64,000 nucleotides of DNA from a virus (lineage: Duplodnaviria; Caudoviricetes): positions 123,849-187,848 of the IMG/VR virus record IMGVR_UViG_3300001528_000621; one strand, given 5' to 3'. The notes beneath the pieces are model-generated. The model was not told the DNA's origin. It made no database searches and worked only from the letters and a program-made list of their open reading frames with translations. The translations under genes and the position numbers were made by a program. Below are positions 9,470-20,225 of this stretch, in pieces (the first letter of the stretch is position 1; each line of letters opens with the position of its first letter).

Positions 9470-11379
9470 TGGGAACTAGCACTAGAAGTATAAAATACAA
9501 TCAGAAAAATTTTAGCGGGTTTAAAGAACAACTTCTTGAATTCGCTAAGAATTATTTTTCAGATTCTTATAGCGATTTTTCTGTTCCATCTCCAGGTACA
9601 ATGTTCTTGGAAATGGCTGCGTATGTTGGGGATGTTCTAGCTTTTTACCAGGATGTTCAGGTTCAGGAGACCTTCATTAAGTATGCTAAGAATCCAGCTA
9701 ACCTGTATGCCATAGCTTACATGATGGGATACAGACCTAAAGTAACTACTGTAGCAGAAGCAGAGCTAACATTTCAGCAGAACGTACTTGCTGTATCCGA
9801 GACAGATGAAAACGGAAATGTAACTTATCACCCAGATTGGACTAAACTAGTCAAGATTGGAGCATATTCCGAAATTAAGTGTACAGCTTTGGCTAATACG
9901 CAGTTCCTTCTTCGAGATGATGTAGATTTTTCATTCTCAAGTTCTTATGATCCTACAGAGATTTACGTAGGTGCTGTTGATTCTGAAGGAAATCCAACAT
10001 ATTATCAGCTTTATAAGAAAGGTATAGCCTTTTCAGGAGAACTTCGAGAGCAGAGTTTTACCTTTGGAGAGTTTAAAAAATTCCAGACAATTACCCTTAA
10101 GGATGAAAATATTGTAGGTGTAACTAAAATTACAGATAAGAATAATAAAGAAGAGTGGGAAGAAGTACCTACCTTAGGCCAAGATACGGTATTCGTAAGT
10201 GAGAGGGTTGAAAATCGAGAAGAAGCTGTCAAACAGGGAACAGCCTATAACTTAAGACTTAAGAAAGTAGACAGAAGGTTTACAACGAGATTTAATACTA
10301 AAGGAACTCTAGATATTCAATTTGGAGCAGGAGTGTATGCTGAGGATTCTGATGAGGAGAACTTTTTACCTAACCCAATCTCACTTCAGCCAGGTACCCA
10401 AGATTTTGTTGAAAAGTACGACGTAGCCTACGATCCATCTAATTTTCTTTTCTCTAAAAGCTATGGTCTTGCTCCTGTAAACAGAACATTGACAGTTGAG
10501 TATATAGTCGGAGGAGGTCTTTCAGCAAACGTACCTGCTAACACATTGACAGAGTATAGCTTACTTCGAGTCTCTAGTACAGAGACAGGAGAGTCTATAG
10601 ATCTAGATGATCTTACTATAGATTTACCGGACGGTACTGAATTAAACGCTATTGAATTCTGGAATACAAATCCTGCATCTGGAGGTAGGAGCGGGGATAC
10701 TCTTGAAGAGATTCGAGAAAACTCATTAAGAGCTTTTGCCGAACAAAAGAGAATAGTTACCTTGGGGGACTACAACATACGCGCTTTGAGTATGCCCCAG
10801 AAGTTTGGAACTATCTCTAAAGTTTATGCTGTTAACGAACCTTTAACGGACGTAGAGGTTTCTGCTTTGTTTAGAAATCCTCTTGCCATAACTCTGTATG
10901 TTCTTAGTCAAGACGTAAACGGGCACCTAACAACAGCTTCTTCTCTAGTTAAGGAGAATTTAAGAACATATCTTTCTGAATATATGATGATTACAGACGC
11001 TATAGACATTAAAGATGCGTACATCGTCAATATTGGAATTAACTACGACATTGTTCTTCGTCCAGGAGCGCAGACTAGGGAAGTTCTTTTGGATTGCAAT
11101 GAAGCAATTCAAGATTACATGAAAATTGAAAAGAGGTCCATTAACGAACCTCTCAACATTTCAGACTTGTATACAATCCTTGACCAGGTTGAAGGTGTTC
11201 AGACAGTTCAAAACGTGTCCATTAAGAACTTAACAAAGCGAGACGGAGACTATTCAAACTACAGTTACAGTATTGCTGTAGCGTTACGAAATCACGTACT
11301 TTATCCTTCTTACGATCCTTGTATCTTTGAGGTAAAGTATCCAGAGTCAGACATTTTAGGAAGAGCAGTTACACTGTAA
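9469..11379 (+). CDS. Baseplate wedge subunit, gp6/baseplate-J-like
   Basis: YSDFSVPSPGTMFLEMAAYVGDVLAFYQD, IQFGAG, ASGGRSGDTLEEIR, RIVTLGDY. Confidence 0.88.
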   Translation: MGTSTRSIKYNQKNFSGFKEQLLEFAKNYFSDSYSDFSVPSPGTMFLEMAAYVGDVLAFYQDVQVQETFIKYAKNPANLYAIAYMMGYRPKVTTVAEAELTFQQNVLAVSETDENGNVTYHPDWTKLVKIGAYSEIKCTALANTQFLLRDDVDFSFSSSYDPTEIYVGAVDSEGNPTYYQLYKKGIAFSGELREQSFTFGEFKKFQTITLKDENIVGVTKITDKNNKEEWEEVPTLGQDTVFVSERVENREEAVKQGTAYNLRLKKVDRRFTTRFNTKGTLDIQFGAGVYAEDSDEENFLPNPISLQPGTQDFVEKYDVAYDPSNFLFSKSYGLAPVNRTLTVEYIVGGGLSANVPANTLTEYSLLRVSSTETGESIDLDDLTIDLPDGTELNAIEFWNTNPASGGRSGDTLEEIRENSLRAFAEQKRIVTLGDYNIRALSMPQKFGTISKVYAVNEPLTDVEVSALFRNPLAITLYVLSQDVNGHLTTASSLVKENLRTYLSEYMMITDAIDIKDAYIVNIGINYDIVLRPGAQTREVLLDCNEAIQDYMKIEKRSINEPLNISDLYTILDQVEGVQTVQNVSIKNLTKRDGDYSNYSYSIAVALRNHVLYPSYDPCIFEVKYPESDILGRAVTL

Positions 11380-11383
11380 TACG

Positions 11384-12430
11384 ATGGCTATTAAGAGACT
11401 TAAACCAATACAAGATACTTTTATTGTTCAGACAGGAACAGGGGCTAGTTTTGGAACAGATGAAATTCTAGAATTAGGTCATTGCTTGCGCTTTGATGCT
11501 ACAGGAAGTTCTAGAATTATTCTTGAGTTTATGACAAATGAAGTAGAGGCTCTTCTTGGAAATCATAGCCTTAGTAGAGCTATTCTTAACTTGAAGTTTG
11601 CTCATGCTGAGAATTTACCACCTGTTTGGGGAGTAGACATTACGGAAATTGATACCGAATGGACCGAGGGTTTGGGTCACGTGTATGATATTCCGGGAAG
11701 CACTAATGGAGCTTCTTGGTACAGACCTAAAGGTACCGAAATTGAGGAATACTGGGAAGGAGGCTTAAAACTTGACGACGAACAAAACTTGATTTGGAAG
11801 CACGAATACTTCACAGGCTATGAAGCTTCTAAAGATATTCAACTTGACGTAACAGAGTGGGTTTACAATTGGATTCTTCGAGAGAGTAGAGCTTTAGGTT
11901 TTCTTATTAAGCTTTCTAACGAAAAGCTAGCCCAAGATTGGTTAACTCGAATTTGCTACTACAGTTCTGAGACACACACTGTTTATGGTCCTTACCTGGA
12001 ACTGTCTTTTGACGATAGTGTCATAGAAGGAGAACCTGCTGTAGCAGATCCTACAAACCTTTACGTGGAAGCTAAGAACCTCAAAGGGTCCTACTATATT
12101 GGAGAGAGAGCTAGAATTGATTTACTCTCTAGGCCTGAATATCCTCGAAGAACTTTCACAACTTCATCTATCTATCGAGATGCGGGAGAACTTATTCCCA
12201 ATGCTAGATGGGGTCTCAGAGACGAGTATACAGGAGAAATGTTTGTTCCTTTTAATGAGTTTGGAACAAGGTGCAGTTACGATTCAAGAGGAAATTACTT
12301 TATTTTAGATACAGACCTTCTAGAACCTGAAAGATATTATAGGCTTCTTATCGAGGTTGAGACAGAGAATTCTAGAAGAATTTATGACCCTAAACAAACC
12401 TTTAGAGTAACAAAGCATGGGGAACTATAG
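11384..12430 (+). CDS. Virion protein, DNRLRE-like domain
   Basis: DTFI, SRIILEF, WTEGLG..GASW, LDVT, YYSSETHTVYGPYLE. Confidence 0.6.
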   Translation: MAIKRLKPIQDTFIVQTGTGASFGTDEILELGHCLRFDATGSSRIILEFMTNEVEALLGNHSLSRAILNLKFAHAENLPPVWGVDITEIDTEWTEGLGHVYDIPGSTNGASWYRPKGTEIEEYWEGGLKLDDEQNLIWKHEYFTGYEASKDIQLDVTEWVYNWILRESRALGFLIKLSNEKLAQDWLTRICYYSSETHTVYGPYLELSFDDSVIEGEPAVADPTNLYVEAKNLKGSYYIGERARIDLLSRPEYPRRTFTTSSIYRDAGELIPNARWGLRDEYTGEMFVPFNEFGTRCSYDSRGNYFILDTDLLEPERYYRLLIEVETENSRRIYDPKQTFRVTKHGEL

Positions 12431-12782
12431 TGTTGAGTTTGAAAAAAGGGTATACGATAAACAATCTTTTCAAAAAGTTGTAGATAGAACCTTTAAGGAA
12501 TTCGCACAGGTTCCTACAGAAAGCGTTAAAACAGTAGATCAGTTCTTCAGAGATTATGATGAACTGTATTATAAAATTCCTGCTACAGGATCTACAAACT
12601 CACATCAGTTTTTAGTAGAGAGAAGTTCATTACTATATAAAGGAGACCAGGACTTCATTGATATTCAGCCGCTTATCGATGAAATTACAACTCTCAAAGC
12701 TCAGAACGTTGAATATCAGCAGCAAATTATAGATCTTAGAACGCAGGTAGCTAATAAGAGTATAAATGAGACAGGAGTATAG
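12417..12782 (+). CDS. Conserved hypothetical virion protein
   Basis: 121 aa; YYKIPATGSTNSHQFLVERS; C-terminal coiled coil. Confidence 0.7.
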   Translation: MGNYSVEFEKRVYDKQSFQKVVDRTFKEFAQVPTESVKTVDQFFRDYDELYYKIPATGSTNSHQFLVERSSLLYKGDQDFIDIQPLIDEITTLKAQNVEYQQQIIDLRTQVANKSINETGV

Positions 12783-15700
12783 GTATACAGTAGAACGGCT
12801 TGATTCTAAAAATTCGTCCATATTAAGCGAAAAGGATCAAAATCTTGTTTCAACCTACATTTCCGGTATTAAGTCTTTTAATCCGGACGAAAGTAGGTTG
12901 GACGTAGTCGTGTCCAGCGAAACTGGTGATGTTCTAGAAACATACCGAGATGTGCCAGATTACACTGTTCACGGCGTTGTTCAAGGTTCTACTAAAATTA
13001 ATCAACTAGAGGTAGATCCGACAATTTATCTCGAAGGTAGAACATACTTGGGGGATGTTGTTGTAGAGTACAAAGCTTTTAATAATCTGTATTCAAGGGA
13101 CGCTACTGTATTTCTATCTGGTATCTCATCGGATAGGACAGAGATTCAAGTTAAATCTTTTGCTGTATCTCTTCGAGACCTACAGTACTATACGAATAAG
13201 CTACAGTATAGTTTTGAAAATCAAAGTTATTCGACAGAAGCTTTTTTAGAAATTTCAGATACCGGACAGCAAATACCTGTTGTAAATGCTACAACCGAGG
13301 TGGTTGGATCTGAAACTGTAGCTGTATTCAAACTGTATGAACCACTTCCAGATAGTATAGGACTGAAAGATGTTTGTCAAATTCTTGAAAGTCTAGGAGA
13401 GTCATCCCGGTTTCTTATTAAGAGAACGACCGTCGTAGTTGAAGATCCTGTACCAGAACTTAAAGGTCCTAACTTTTCGGTTGAAGTTGGAACATCTACA
13501 ATCTCAACAGATTATAAGAACTTTACTCAGCTTCTAAGTCAAAAATCCTGGGAAAGCTCTAAAGGACTCTATACAGCATTTAAGAAATCTTCTCTACATA
13601 CAAGCATAAACTACGAGGATTTTGGAGACTTTATTCATTTCTCTTCAGCTGTAGAACGGTTAGAGAATGCTAGGTATAAGTTTGAGAAAATCTTTGAATA
13701 TCAAAGCCTTATCAGCTCTTCTTTATCAGAAGCAGAAAAGTCTAGATATCAGACCGAGATCGACGGTATTGTAGAAAATTTTGACCATTACGAGAACTAT
13801 CTCTACTTTGAATCCGGGTCTAAAGCTTGGCCTAAGAAATTTGATGAAGAAGTAGGGTGTACTATTCGACCTTACGAAAACGAGACAAACCCTCTCGTTT
13901 ATGAACCGTGGTATAACCAAGTATTCACCGAAGCAGAAGGGTATGATAACAATAATAAGGATATTCTGATTAGTACGATACCTGCTGCTATTCGAGAGGA
14001 TTTAGATCACAATGAACCTTACTTGATATTCATCCACATGATCGGCCAACATTTTGACGATCTTTGGGTGTACGCTCAAGCCATAGCAAACAGGTATAAA
14101 GCAGACAACCGTCCTGAATTCGGCATCTCAAAAGAGCTTGTTAAGGATGCTTTAGAGTCTTTTGGATTAAATCTTTACGAATCAAACCAAAACCTAAATG
14201 CTTTGTTTGAACTGTGCCAACCAGACGGAACTTACGATCCGGGATTAGAGACAGCGGTAACAGACTTTAAATCAATTTCAGGAGACCCTGCCCTTGCTGA
14301 AGCTTATACTAAGGAAGTCTACAAGAGAATTTATCACAACATTCCTACTCTCCTTAAGACCAAAGGAACGAGCAGAGGATTAAGGGTTCTGATAAATTGC
14401 TTTGGTATTCCTAGTGATATACTGGCAGTGAAGGTTCGAGGAGGAGTGGATTCAGATAAAAGACCTTTTTTTGGTCCAGAGGAAGCTATAGCAGTTTCTC
14501 CAGAATTTGATACTAAGGGTCTAGAAATATCGGGAAGTATTGATAAGGTTCGAACTAAACCATCAACTCAGATTTTAGAGTATACTTCTCAGAATAGTAC
14601 AGGGTCTTTCTTTAGAAGTACTACCCTTTCAAGGTATACAAATACTACAGCTAGTGTAAAACCTCTAACAGATGATTTACATCAAGTTGAGGTAGGTTTT
14701 AATCTAAATGAAGCTGTTAATAGATACTTCAAGGAGAACCTAGGAGACTTCACGGTAGACGATGTTTTAGCCGATCCAAGTATAGTAGAAGAAGATTATG
14801 GGGATGCTTGGAAATACCTAAGGGAATCCCTTCTAAATGACGTAACAAAGTCAGGTAAGAATTTCAGATCTCCTACAGCTATCATTCGTCTTGTTAGATA
14901 CTTTGATACAACTCTCTTTCGAATGTTGAAAGATTTTCTACCAGCTAGGTCTGTTGTAGAAACTGGAGCTATTGTTAAGGATAATGTTCTTCACAGAAAC
15001 AGGTGGAGGGGTGTAAACGTATCTTGGCTTTCAATTTTAGAGACAGGAAGCATATCAGGCAGTACAGTTAAGGGTACTCACGGTGGAGCTTTTCTACATG
15101 CTGGTCAGAGGTTTGAAACAACTGAGTTTTCTGGAAGCTATTACAACCCTGTTAGTACAGGAGACAAGTGGGTAGACAAGCCTGTAATCTCTGGATCTAG
15201 AGAGTACACCGGTGAGTTAGGAGGAACTCAACTAAGGGTTGCAGATATAGATCTTACAAAGAATAATAAAGATAGGAAAGCTAAACAACCTGTAAATGAT
15301 TACGGTTACAATTTCTGGTTCTTAGGACTACCGGATCTTCCTCTCTGTTCTGCAAAGATTGTAACTAGTTTCGAAACATACTATAGAAGATTTACAGAGT
15401 TGGGGTTACCGACAGCTTCTGCTACACTGGGAGATCAATTCAACGTAAGTTTAAAGGAAGCAGAGACTTATCATGCTTTTGATCCAAATATAACGTATCG
15501 AGCTACAGCTCAAACACATTGGAGAGACCATGAAACTGTACCGGAGACTTTTATGGGATGGTTCACCGGTAGTCTTAATTACGGTCATCCTCACACGGTA
15601 AGGAGTATGCTGCAGATTACGCCAGCTGAAACAGTCGTGGAAGATTGTACGTGGACAGCTAGCTATTGTACAGGAAGTAGAAATATTTTGTGGTTCTATC

Positions 15701-16143
15701 CATACTGTTTTGATTCTGATTACGGATATTTTTATTATTACTATAAAGGAGATATAATACTTACTTGGAAGTATCTAGATACCTCTCAGGATCCGGAGAA
15801 GGATCAAGCAGAGTCCGGTAGCGGCGTTTGGGGACACCTAGGCAGTACCAAGTTACTATTTCAGTGTCAGAACACGGTACTGAGCTTAACTCTTCCAGAA
15901 ACTTCATTATTTGGTACAAGCGAAGGGTACTGGTGGGTAAACTATAGTAGTGGAAGTCTTCCTGAAAACTATGGAGAAATCATAGACTTTTTAGGTGTTA
16001 AAGCTTTGAGAGGAAATTATACAGGTCCTTTCATTAGTGACGGAACTATTGTAGATTCACAGTGGTACGGAAATCACGGAGAATGGCCTTGGAAGAAATG
16101 GGAGACATCAAAAGATATAAGTACCGTAGGAAAGAAGATATAG
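12766..16143 (+). CDS. Large baseplate/structural protein
   Basis: 1125 aa; FIHFSSAVERLEN, MIGQHFD, IYHNIPTLLKTKGT..G...LINCFGIP (baseplate wedge-like); ATG 12766 overlaps the upstream gene. Confidence 0.7.
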   Translation: MRQEYRYTVERLDSKNSSILSEKDQNLVSTYISGIKSFNPDESRLDVVVSSETGDVLETYRDVPDYTVHGVVQGSTKINQLEVDPTIYLEGRTYLGDVVVEYKAFNNLYSRDATVFLSGISSDRTEIQVKSFAVSLRDLQYYTNKLQYSFENQSYSTEAFLEISDTGQQIPVVNATTEVVGSETVAVFKLYEPLPDSIGLKDVCQILESLGESSRFLIKRTTVVVEDPVPELKGPNFSVEVGTSTISTDYKNFTQLLSQKSWESSKGLYTAFKKSSLHTSINYEDFGDFIHFSSAVERLENARYKFEKIFEYQSLISSSLSEAEKSRYQTEIDGIVENFDHYENYLYFESGSKAWPKKFDEEVGCTIRPYENETNPLVYEPWYNQVFTEAEGYDNNNKDILISTIPAAIREDLDHNEPYLIFIHMIGQHFDDLWVYAQAIANRYKADNRPEFGISKELVKDALESFGLNLYESNQNLNALFELCQPDGTYDPGLETAVTDFKSISGDPALAEAYTKEVYKRIYHNIPTLLKTKGTSRGLRVLINCFGIPSDILAVKVRGGVDSDKRPFFGPEEAIAVSPEFDTKGLEISGSIDKVRTKPSTQILEYTSQNSTGSFFRSTTLSRYTNTTASVKPLTDDLHQVEVGFNLNEAVNRYFKENLGDFTVDDVLADPSIVEEDYGDAWKYLRESLLNDVTKSGKNFRSPTAIIRLVRYFDTTLFRMLKDFLPARSVVETGAIVKDNVLHRNRWRGVNVSWLSILETGSISGSTVKGTHGGAFLHAGQRFETTEFSGSYYNPVSTGDKWVDKPVISGSREYTGELGGTQLRVADIDLTKNNKDRKAKQPVNDYGYNFWFLGLPDLPLCSAKIVTSFETYYRRFTELGLPTASATLGDQFNVSLKEAETYHAFDPNITYRATAQTHWRDHETVPETFMGWFTGSLNYGHPHTVRSMLQITPAETVVEDCTWTASYCTGSRNILWFYPYCFDSDYGYFYYYYKGDIILTWKYLDTSQDPEKDQAESGSGVWGHLGSTKLLFQCQNTVLSLTLPETSLFGTSEGYWWVNYSSGSLPENYGEIIDFLGVKALRGNYTGPFISDGTIVDSQWYGNHGEWPWKKWETSKDISTVGKKI

Positions 16144-16147
16144 AGGA

Positions 16148-17314
16148 ATGGAAAAATCAGTACTAAGTAGAGCATTTAAATATGTAAGTCCAGAATATCC
16201 GGAAATAGGGTCAGTTAGTCTGGTTTTATCTGGTTCTGTTCCGTACATTGGAACTTACGAAAGCGGATCTGTAGATACAGCGTCCGTTGCTTCCACACTA
16301 TACTCTGTCGTAGGTGTTGGGTTTATTGCTGAAGGATCTCTTCGAGACACAATACACTCTGTTTCAGAGCTTTGGATACCAATATTGGATAAAGAAGGAG
16401 AAACTCACACTATTCATGTACCGGTAAAAGAGCGTTCAGTCTATTCTAATTGGATTTATTTGTGGGCTAGCAGCACTAAAGATTTTATTTCCGGATCTTG
16501 GTTTGTAGACGATCTTCAAGTTGCTCCTGACAGCTATGAAAAGTATAACACTGGCCACGAAACATTAGAGTATAGTTGCACTGTTCAAGGTCCTGGTAAT
16601 ATTATTTTCGTTACATATGTACCGGAAGGTTTTGAGCAAAGAGGAGAGTATAATGCTATTTTAAACAATGCTACAACTCAAAGTCGTACTGAACTTTTTA
16701 CGGTGGACAGTTCATCTAATACAACTGTAAAGCATTACATCTCCGATGAACACAAAACAAACTTTGTAGGAGGATGCTATGCAGGACGTCTCGAAGTTAG
16801 TCAAGAAGGTTCTTCAGATCAAAAAACTTTCGATTTCTTTAGAGGTTTTGAAAAGCAGAAGCTAGACGACAAGTATGTTCAGACTCTTGATTTAGCTTTT
16901 ATGAACTATAGAGCTATTTCTGCTAGCGTATACGTAGACAGGTCGTTCATATCTGGAGGAGTTGAACAAAAGCAATCTGTTGAGGAGGTTTGGTCAGATC
17001 TTCAGAATGGAAACGTAGATGAACCAGAAACGATTTATTTTTCTCCTAGATCTTACATACGAGAGGGACTTGATCCAGAGAAAGTTAAAAGCACAGGATG
17101 GATAGATCCTCCAACAGGAAGTTATTACCGTTCTGCATCTGTAGTTCAGGAAGATAGAACATCTACACCTACTCTTGGAAGTATTTTGTTTAAAGTCAAA
17201 GATAATATAACAGTAAGATATGTTCAGTCTACAATATATGCTCCGTTTTTGAATACGGTATATAGGACAGACGATTTCGGGGTTGTATCTGATATGTACC
17301 CGGAACCTAAATAA
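16148..17314 (+). CDS. Hypothetical structural protein
   Basis: 388-aa ORF within the tail cluster. Confidence 0.65.
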   Translation: MEKSVLSRAFKYVSPEYPEIGSVSLVLSGSVPYIGTYESGSVDTASVASTLYSVVGVGFIAEGSLRDTIHSVSELWIPILDKEGETHTIHVPVKERSVYSNWIYLWASSTKDFISGSWFVDDLQVAPDSYEKYNTGHETLEYSCTVQGPGNIIFVTYVPEGFEQRGEYNAILNNATTQSRTELFTVDSSSNTTVKHYISDEHKTNFVGGCYAGRLEVSQEGSSDQKTFDFFRGFEKQKLDDKYVQTLDLAFMNYRAISASVYVDRSFISGGVEQKQSVEEVWSDLQNGNVDEPETIYFSPRSYIREGLDPEKVKSTGWIDPPTGSYYRSASVVQEDRTSTPTLGSILFKVKDNITVRYVQSTIYAPFLNTVYRTDDFGVVSDMYPEPK

Positions 17315-17350
17315 AGTCTCACGAAAGAACACAATATTTTACCATAAATC

Positions 17351-17357
17351 TATTTAT
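17351..17357 (+). promoter_or_regulatory. Putative late promoter TATTTAT
   Basis: Intergenic, before 17387. Confidence 0.65.
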
Positions 17358-17386
17358 AAAGCAGATTAGAAAGAAAATAATACGAA

Positions 17387-18052
17387 ATGGGATACCTAAA
17401 CAACTCCATCGTAACTGTAGATGCTGTTCTCACTAGAAAAGGTAGAGAACTTCTTGCTAGAGGAGACGGTTCATTTAAAATAACTCAATTTGCTTTGGCG
17501 GACGATGAAATAGACTATACCTTGTATAATCCTAAACATCCGTCTGGTTCCGAATACTATGGAGAAGCTATAGAAAAGACACCGCTTCTAGAAGCTTTTG
17601 TAGACGAAACACAAATGCTTAAGTACAAGCTTGCTACTCTTCCTCGAGGTACTTCTAAGCTTCCTATTCTGGATATTGGTTACACTGTCATTACTCTTAA
17701 GCAAGGATCTGCTCTTGCAGTTACACCTCAGACTCTAAACTATCTAGGTATTACTCAGACTTATGAGAGTTCTGGATATGCAGCTACCATTGCTGATGTT
17801 AGAGTTTTGAATTCTTTTACAGGCGTAGGTATTACAAGTGCAGATGTAGTAGCAGCTAACAATTCTCAGACAACCGGTACTAGTATTTCACGAACCGTTA
17901 TCGGATCTACCATTAACCTTGTTGCTACAAACGTGAATGACCTGTTCACTCAGAATGGAGCTGATACACTGTTAACTTCACTTACTATTGTTGGTAGAGA
18001 TTCTGGAGCTCGACTTACAGTTCCTGTTAAGATTTTAAAAGCTAGTGCATAA
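17387..18052 (+). CDS. Conserved virion structural protein
   Basis: MGYLNNSIVTVDAVLTRKGRELLARG..FKITQFALADDEIDY, a family seen in large myovirus tail modules. Confidence 0.75.
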   Translation: MGYLNNSIVTVDAVLTRKGRELLARGDGSFKITQFALADDEIDYTLYNPKHPSGSEYYGEAIEKTPLLEAFVDETQMLKYKLATLPRGTSKLPILDIGYTVITLKQGSALAVTPQTLNYLGITQTYESSGYAATIADVRVLNSFTGVGITSADVVAANNSQTTGTSISRTVIGSTINLVATNVNDLFTQNGADTLLTSLTIVGRDSGARLTVPVKILKASA

Positions 18053-19131
18053 TGTCTTTCAAAAGGTTTGAAACAGAAGATATAGTTCTAAGTTCGGACG
18101 TTATAACATTTCCGACATGGTATACCCAAGAGAACGGAGATACCTCTGAACTACATAATGAAGACTGGGTACCTTGTGATACTCAAGGAGCTAGTATAGA
18201 CTTTTATGCTGATTTTTACAGCAAATATACATACATATCTGCTTCTGGAGAAGAGGTTTCTGGTTATGACCCTTCTCACTCTAAAGCTTTGTTTAGCTTA
18301 GCTTATGCTGAGCGGCCAGAAAAAGGATATGTAGAGACTGGAAGTGGGGTTGAAATTAAAAACTCTGAGATCATTTTTGGACAGTACAGGTCTCTTGTTC
18401 TTGGGGATGAAGAGAGTGAATTTAAGTTCGGAAGTACGGTTCACGGTGTAGAAGGTGACGGAGTAGCTGCTAAATCTTTCATGGCTTTTTCTGTTGAGAG
18501 AGCTAGATTTAGAGAGAAGCTTGACCCTAATACGTGCAGGTTTACCTTTAAGTCTGGAGAAAGCAGTGCTAGTTTTTCTTTAGCCCCTGACATTAATGCA
18601 AATCAGAGATACCTAGATGCAGGTAGAGTCTATGACCTAGCTGAATATGCGGATGACGGTAGTGGAAGCATTTCCTACAAATATCCAGAATCCTCATCTG
18701 CAGCAGGTTCTTATGGGTATTTCTTACCTGACATTGGACTTGTTCTCTTCAACACCGATACAGGATCACTTGAAAAGATGACCGGTATTGATCCTGAAGT
18801 TTGGAATTCTAGTGACGAAGCAGGAAAGAGAGACCTCTTCATTCAGAGTCTTTCAACAGCTTCAATTAGGTCTCAAGAGACAGTTACATCCAATTACATT
18901 TTCGTTCGGGCTAGAAACGCTGAATTTAATTATTCTACTAATCCTAGCAACATTACAGGAAGTGCAGGAAACATTAGATGGGATACGATGATTAACCAGC
19001 CTCAGGCTTTCGTAACAACTGTAGGTTTATATAACGATTCTAATGACCTTTTAGCTGTAGCAAAACTTTCTCGTCCAATTATAAAAGATTTCACTAAGGA
19101 GATCCTTATTAGAGTTAAGTTAGACTATTAA
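18052..19131 (+). CDS. Conserved virion/baseplate protein
   Basis: C-terminal FNYSTNPS..TTVGLYNDSNDLLAVAKLSRP..KLDY. Confidence 0.75.
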   Translation: MSFKRFETEDIVLSSDVITFPTWYTQENGDTSELHNEDWVPCDTQGASIDFYADFYSKYTYISASGEEVSGYDPSHSKALFSLAYAERPEKGYVETGSGVEIKNSEIIFGQYRSLVLGDEESEFKFGSTVHGVEGDGVAAKSFMAFSVERARFREKLDPNTCRFTFKSGESSASFSLAPDINANQRYLDAGRVYDLAEYADDGSGSISYKYPESSSAAGSYGYFLPDIGLVLFNTDTGSLEKMTGIDPEVWNSSDEAGKRDLFIQSLSTASIRSQETVTSNYIFVRARNAEFNYSTNPSNITGSAGNIRWDTMINQPQAFVTTVGLYNDSNDLLAVAKLSRPIIKDFTKEILIRVKLDY

Positions 19132-20225
19132 TGAGCGTTTATAAGGGATTAAATAGGTCCGACGTCTTTTTGACAGACTATATCTCAAGAAAAAAGTGGA
19201 TAGCGTCCGGATCAAATCTAGAAGAACTGGGCTTGCGCCTTTTACAGGGAGTGTCCAGTTCTCGTCCCTATTACACTGTAGACGAAGATATAAAAGAATT
19301 TAGGCCGTACACAGGTACAGTCGGTATAACTAGCTCTTATACAGAAGGTAAATATAACAGAAAGCTTCTTTTTGGAAGCATTTATGAGCAGTTCTACAGT
19401 GGATCTCTTGAAGATGGGACATTTTATGGAGATCGAAACTTAAGCTTACAAACAACCCTAACTGTACCTGGTTCTAGAAGACTAATTACAAGTTCTTTTA
19501 GAGATACAAAACAAGAAACTTGGATACCCGGGGATCAGAGAGAAGAAGATAATGTAATAATCATGATTCTTTCTATTCCAAAAGAGGTGTTCGGAAATGC
19601 TATAACACCGGGATCTTTTAAGGTTAACTTGGATAAAGATGTTTGGACCTACGTTGAGGATGATTATGTAGCTAACGAACACGGAAGTATCTGCGATGAA
19701 GGATACCCGGAAGGTGTGTACACTCGACCTAGCAATCATTGGGTAGATCCATATTTTGAAGATTTACATCAAGCTGGAGCTTACGATTATGAGGGTGTTT
19801 TGATTGTAGATGGGTTTGTTGGAGAATGGCATCAGCCAGAGGAATACAAATACCCAACACCAATTCAGGTACAAGCGAACGTTGTAGGAGATATTATATA
19901 TAACCAGGGTCTTGTAATCTTTACAAATCCTTTTGTTCGATTCTTATTTGAAAATTGGGATGCAGAGACATTCGAATGGGAAGGAAGTAGGGACATATAC
20001 ACAAAGCACATAGTTTGTAAAGCTAGGGACATAGACTTCAACAAGACCTTTAATCCAACAGCTACAGAAGAGTTACAGAATACAGAAGGGTTTACTCCAT
20101 ACATAACAGCTGTAGGTCTCTATAACAATCGGGGAGATCTTCTTGCTGTTGCAAAACTAAGTAAACCTATTAAGAAAGCTCTGGATACAGAGATGACGTT
20201 TGATATTCAAATCGATTTAGGATAA
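19131..20225 (+). CDS. Conserved virion/baseplate protein, paralogue of 18052-19131
   Basis: C-terminal FNKTFNP..ITAVGLYNNRGDLLAVAKLSKP. Confidence 0.75.
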   Translation: MSVYKGLNRSDVFLTDYISRKKWIASGSNLEELGLRLLQGVSSSRPYYTVDEDIKEFRPYTGTVGITSSYTEGKYNRKLLFGSIYEQFYSGSLEDGTFYGDRNLSLQTTLTVPGSRRLITSSFRDTKQETWIPGDQREEDNVIIMILSIPKEVFGNAITPGSFKVNLDKDVWTYVEDDYVANEHGSICDEGYPEGVYTRPSNHWVDPYFEDLHQAGAYDYEGVLIVDGFVGEWHQPEEYKYPTPIQVQANVVGDIIYNQGLVIFTNPFVRFLFENWDAETFEWEGSRDIYTKHIVCKARDIDFNKTFNPTATEELQNTEGFTPYITAVGLYNNRGDLLAVAKLSKPIKKALDTEMTFDIQIDLG